Of a stretch of DNA of 64,000 nt, positions 60,736 through 64,000 are shown in pieces (the stretch's first letter is position 1; each line of letters opens with the position of its first letter). The stretch is from Octopus sinensis. Taxonomy: Eukaryota. Position numbers and translations under genes: made by a program. The notes beneath the pieces are model-generated. The model was given only the letters and a program-made list of their open reading frames with translations. It had not been told where the DNA came from and made no database searches. The stretch covers positions 24,118,001-24,182,000 of the forward strand of contig NC_043018.1 in assembly GCF_006345805.1 (NCBI RefSeq). Direction: 5' to 3'.

Positions 60736-62363
60736 ATATATGTTGTGTGTGTATGTGTTAGTGTTACTCTTTCCTTGTCTTGACATCATATGATAGTTGT
60801 AAATGAGTGCCATTGCCACACAAGTGGTGTCCTTCATTTCCAGTCTTCTGTGCTACTCTAATCAGAATCCCTCTCTCATTCTTGTTGCACCCCACTCATA
60901 TTCACCACCCCATATCCCATTCTCATTCAATATATTCATCTCTTTATTACATCTCACCTCCTTCATCCCATGTTTAAATCCACCTCAATTTCCACCTATA
61001 CTCCTTACCCACCACCTTCTCTGATTCTTCTGTAGCCCTTTTCGTCTCTGTTGAGCCCCATTTCAGCCTCTCCCATCAACTCATGTCAAATACGAGGTAC
61101 CCATGAGTCTCCTTTGTTTGTATTGACCCTTTAGCAGTCAGATTACTCCGTCAGATCTAATGCTTATTTAGCCACATGGTTTTGCATTCATCATGCATTA
61201 TCCCATACCTTCAAGATTTCAATGATGTGATTGTATATTTTTAGAACAGCATTGTAGGGTAGGTATGAGAGGCTGAATCTGGCTTTTTCTAACATGAAAC
61301 AGATAGAATAACTTGGACAGGATATGACCGATTTAAATGCCGAAGGGTTAATATATGTGCATATGTAAGCTTAGCTACACACACACAAACGCACTGTTTT
61401 CATCTTCTGAACAATAGTATTGTAGTATTTGTTTGTTAAAGTTTTCCAATGGAATAATTTCTGGTTCACCAGGAGCAGCCAGTTAATTGCATTTTTCTAA
61501 TGTAATAAGAAAACTAGAGAGTGACTAAGGAGTGTCTTTAAGGTAATTTTGTTTGACGCACGGGTTTATTACCAGTTTTCTCACTTGTGTATGCCACTCA
61601 CTAATATTCACACACAAATAACCCCCCCCTCTCTCTCTTTATATATATATATATATATATATATGTCTGTCTGTCTGTCTTTATATATATATATTTTATT
61701 GTTAGTTCAAAGAATTGCACAATAGCATAGAAGAGTGTGTTAGCAATAAAGACATTGAAATGTTGCCCTAAAGATATTCAATTATCCAGATATTTCTGAC
61801 AAAATACTCTTTTATAAAGGGCTAGGGAAGAAGGAGAGAGAAAGAACTAGGTTAATGTGTTAAGCTTGTAAATATTTCTCTACAAAACTCCATATATTCT
61901 TACAAGTATGTTTTCTTTCTTTTTCCTTCACATCTCACTCTTTCATCATCATCATCGTTTAGCGTCCGCTTTCCATGCTAGCATGGGTTGGATGGTTCAA
62001 CTGGGGTCTGGGAAGCCAGAAAGCTGCACCAGGCCCAGTCTGATCTGGCAATGTTTCTACGTCTGGATGCCCTTCCTAACGCCAACCACTCCGTGAGTGT
62101 AGTGGATGCTTTTACATGCCAGACGAGGCTGGCAAATGGCCACGATCGGATGGTGCTTTTTACGTGCCACTCTTCATAAGGAGTATTTCACTTGAAATAT
62201 CAGGAGTATTAAATATTTTTAAGGTAACAATTGCATGTATTTGCTCTTGTTCATATTCATGTTTTAACATCTAACTGCTTTGCTATAACCATCCAACACG
62301 CTATTTTTCTGTCTGTCTATCTTTCAATCTACTTTCCTCTTTCATTTTTTTTTTCCCTATCTT

Positions 62364-62399
62364 TCTTCCGATGAAGGACTAGCATCCGAAACGTCAAGA
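62364..62399 (+). ncRNA. Minimal type I hammerhead ribozyme-like motif (Penelope/retrozyme type, U4C variant)
   Basis: tctt-CCGATGA-a-gga-ctagca-tcc-GAAA-c-GTC-aaga: stem I tctt/aaga, stem II gga/tcc, palindromic ACGT stem III, GUC cleavage triplet, AATAAA at 62424-62429. Confidence 0.6.
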
Positions 62400-62548
62400 C
62401 TGTTTCTTTCTTTTTAAGTGTTAAATAAATACATTTGTTAAAATTTAACTTGTCCCTTTCATGTTGTCTTCTTCGTTTTTTTTTTCCCTGTTCACAATAT
62501 GCGTGTGTGCATATATTATATTAATTATATTATATATATATATTATAT

Positions 62549-62579
<31 letters not shown>

Positions 62580-62653
62580 GATACACATATATATATATAT
62601 ACATATATAAATATATATATATATACATATATATATATACATATATATATATA

Positions 62654-63115
62654 TCATCATCATCATCATCATCATTTAACGTCCGCTTCCATGCTAGCAG
62701 GGTTGGACGGTTCAACTGGGGGCTGGGGAGCCCGAAAGCTGCACCAGTCCAGTCAGATTGGCAGTGTTTCTACAGCTGGATGCCTTCCTAACGCCAACCA
62801 CTCTGCGAGTGTAGTGGGTGATTTTATGTACCACCGACACAGGTGCCAGACGAGGCTGGCAAACGGCCACGCTCGGATGGTGTTTTTATGTGCCACCGAC
62901 ACAGGTGCCAGACGAGGCTGGCAGACGGCCACGCTCGGATGGTGTTTTATGTGCCACCGACACAGGTGCCAGAGAGGCTGGCAAACGGCCACGACGGATG
63001 GTGTGGTTGTTACGTGCCCACAGCACGGAGGCCAGTCGATGCGGTACTGGCTACGGCCACGTTCGGATGGTTTTCGTGTGTGCCACGTGCCACCAGCATT
63101 GGTACCAAAAGATAC
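62654..63115 (-). mobile_element. RTE-tail SINE with expanded internal tandem array
   Basis: (CAT)n start; three near-identical 61-62 bp units at 62828-63012 plus a variant unit. Confidence 0.85.
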
Positions 63116-63139
63116 AAATTTCATTGATGTTCATCTATT

Positions 63140-63140
63140 T

Positions 63141-63176
<36 letters not shown>

Positions 63177-63248
63177 TATATATATACATATATATAACAT
63201 ACAGATATATATAGATACATATATACATATATATATATATATACATAT

Positions 63249-63289
<41 letters not shown>

Positions 63290-63316
63290 TACATATATAT
63301 ATATATATATATATAG

Positions 63317-63350
<34 letters not shown>

Positions 63351-64000
63351 TATATATATATATATATATAGACATATATAGATCATATATTATATATATA
63401 TATATATCATATATACAGTTTATATATATATATACTATTATATAGATATATATTATACTTATATATACATATATATATACATACATATATATATATATTA
63501 CATATATATATATATATCTATATAGATATATATATATATATATAATATATATATATATACATATATATATACATATACATATATATATAATATATATACA
63601 TATATATATATAACATATACATGTATACAATATATATATATATTATTATTTAGATGATATACATAGACATGTATACATATATATATATATATATAGATAT
63701 ATATATACTATATTATACATATACATGTATACATATATATATATATAATATATATATACACATATATATACATACATATATAGATATATATAATTATAGA
63801 TAGATATACACATATATACAGACATATATATAATATAGATAGATATATATATAGGATTATATATATACAGATATATACTTACATGATATATATATAGATA
63901 TATAGAGATATATATACAATATATACAGGATAGATATATAATATATATATATACACATAATATATACATTATATATACATAGAGATATATAATATAGATA
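63140..64000. repeat. Long degenerate (TA)n/(TACA) microsatellite
   Basis: About 860 bp of nearly pure alternating TA; similar shorter tracts at 34300-34362, 52935-53160, 62510-62655. Confidence 0.97.

Noticed and set aside
62828-63100. Regular ~61 bp repeats that superficially resemble a CRISPR array
   Set aside because: Units are contiguous with no unique spacers, sit inside a SINE in a eukaryotic genome, and there are no cas genes.
62499-63174. 214 aa and overlapping ORFs
   Set aside because: Arise from microsatellite plus GC-rich SINE tandem units; the same peptides recur wherever the SINE occurs.
63121-63969. Long ORFs rich in Y/I/C/M/H/T (also 52852-53292, 40716-41027, 57607-58080)
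   Set aside because: Translations of (TA)n/(CA)n microsatellites and SINEs, not genes.

Overview
AT-rich eukaryotic genomic DNA, very probably from an Octopus species (judged from the SINE/MITE families and microsatellite load; inference). Two convergent spliced genes can be fully reconstructed by hand. (1) Importin subunit beta-1 (KPNB1), + strand: 21 coding exons from 4627 to 25954 plus a last exon at 27089 that supplies only the final base of a split TG|A stop. These exons encode 843 aa; about 33 N-terminal aa lie upstream of the window. The 3' UTR is about 2.6 kb. (2) JMJD4-type JmjC hydroxylase, - strand: 7 exons, 46868-35765, 454 aa, intact HxD...H motif. The rest is dense with tRNA-derived SINEs, RTE-LINE remnants, piggyBac-, hAT- and Merlin-like MITEs, a Helitron remnant and microsatellites. 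The most unusual observations are: a minisatellite built from copies of the JMJD4 exon 5 splice donor; a Penelope-type minimal hammerhead ribozyme motif near 62.37 kb; the split KPNB1 stop codon with three possible C-termini and inverted MITEs in that intron; a 2.25 kb foldback structure; a triple-nested transposon with readable target-site duplications (TSDs); a recurrent dimeric SINE; and a weakly supported third minus-strand gene or pseudogene at about 49.7-56.1 kb. No prokaryotic features, CRISPR arrays, rRNA or true tRNA genes were found. Repeat boundaries are approximate and no searches or folding programs were run.
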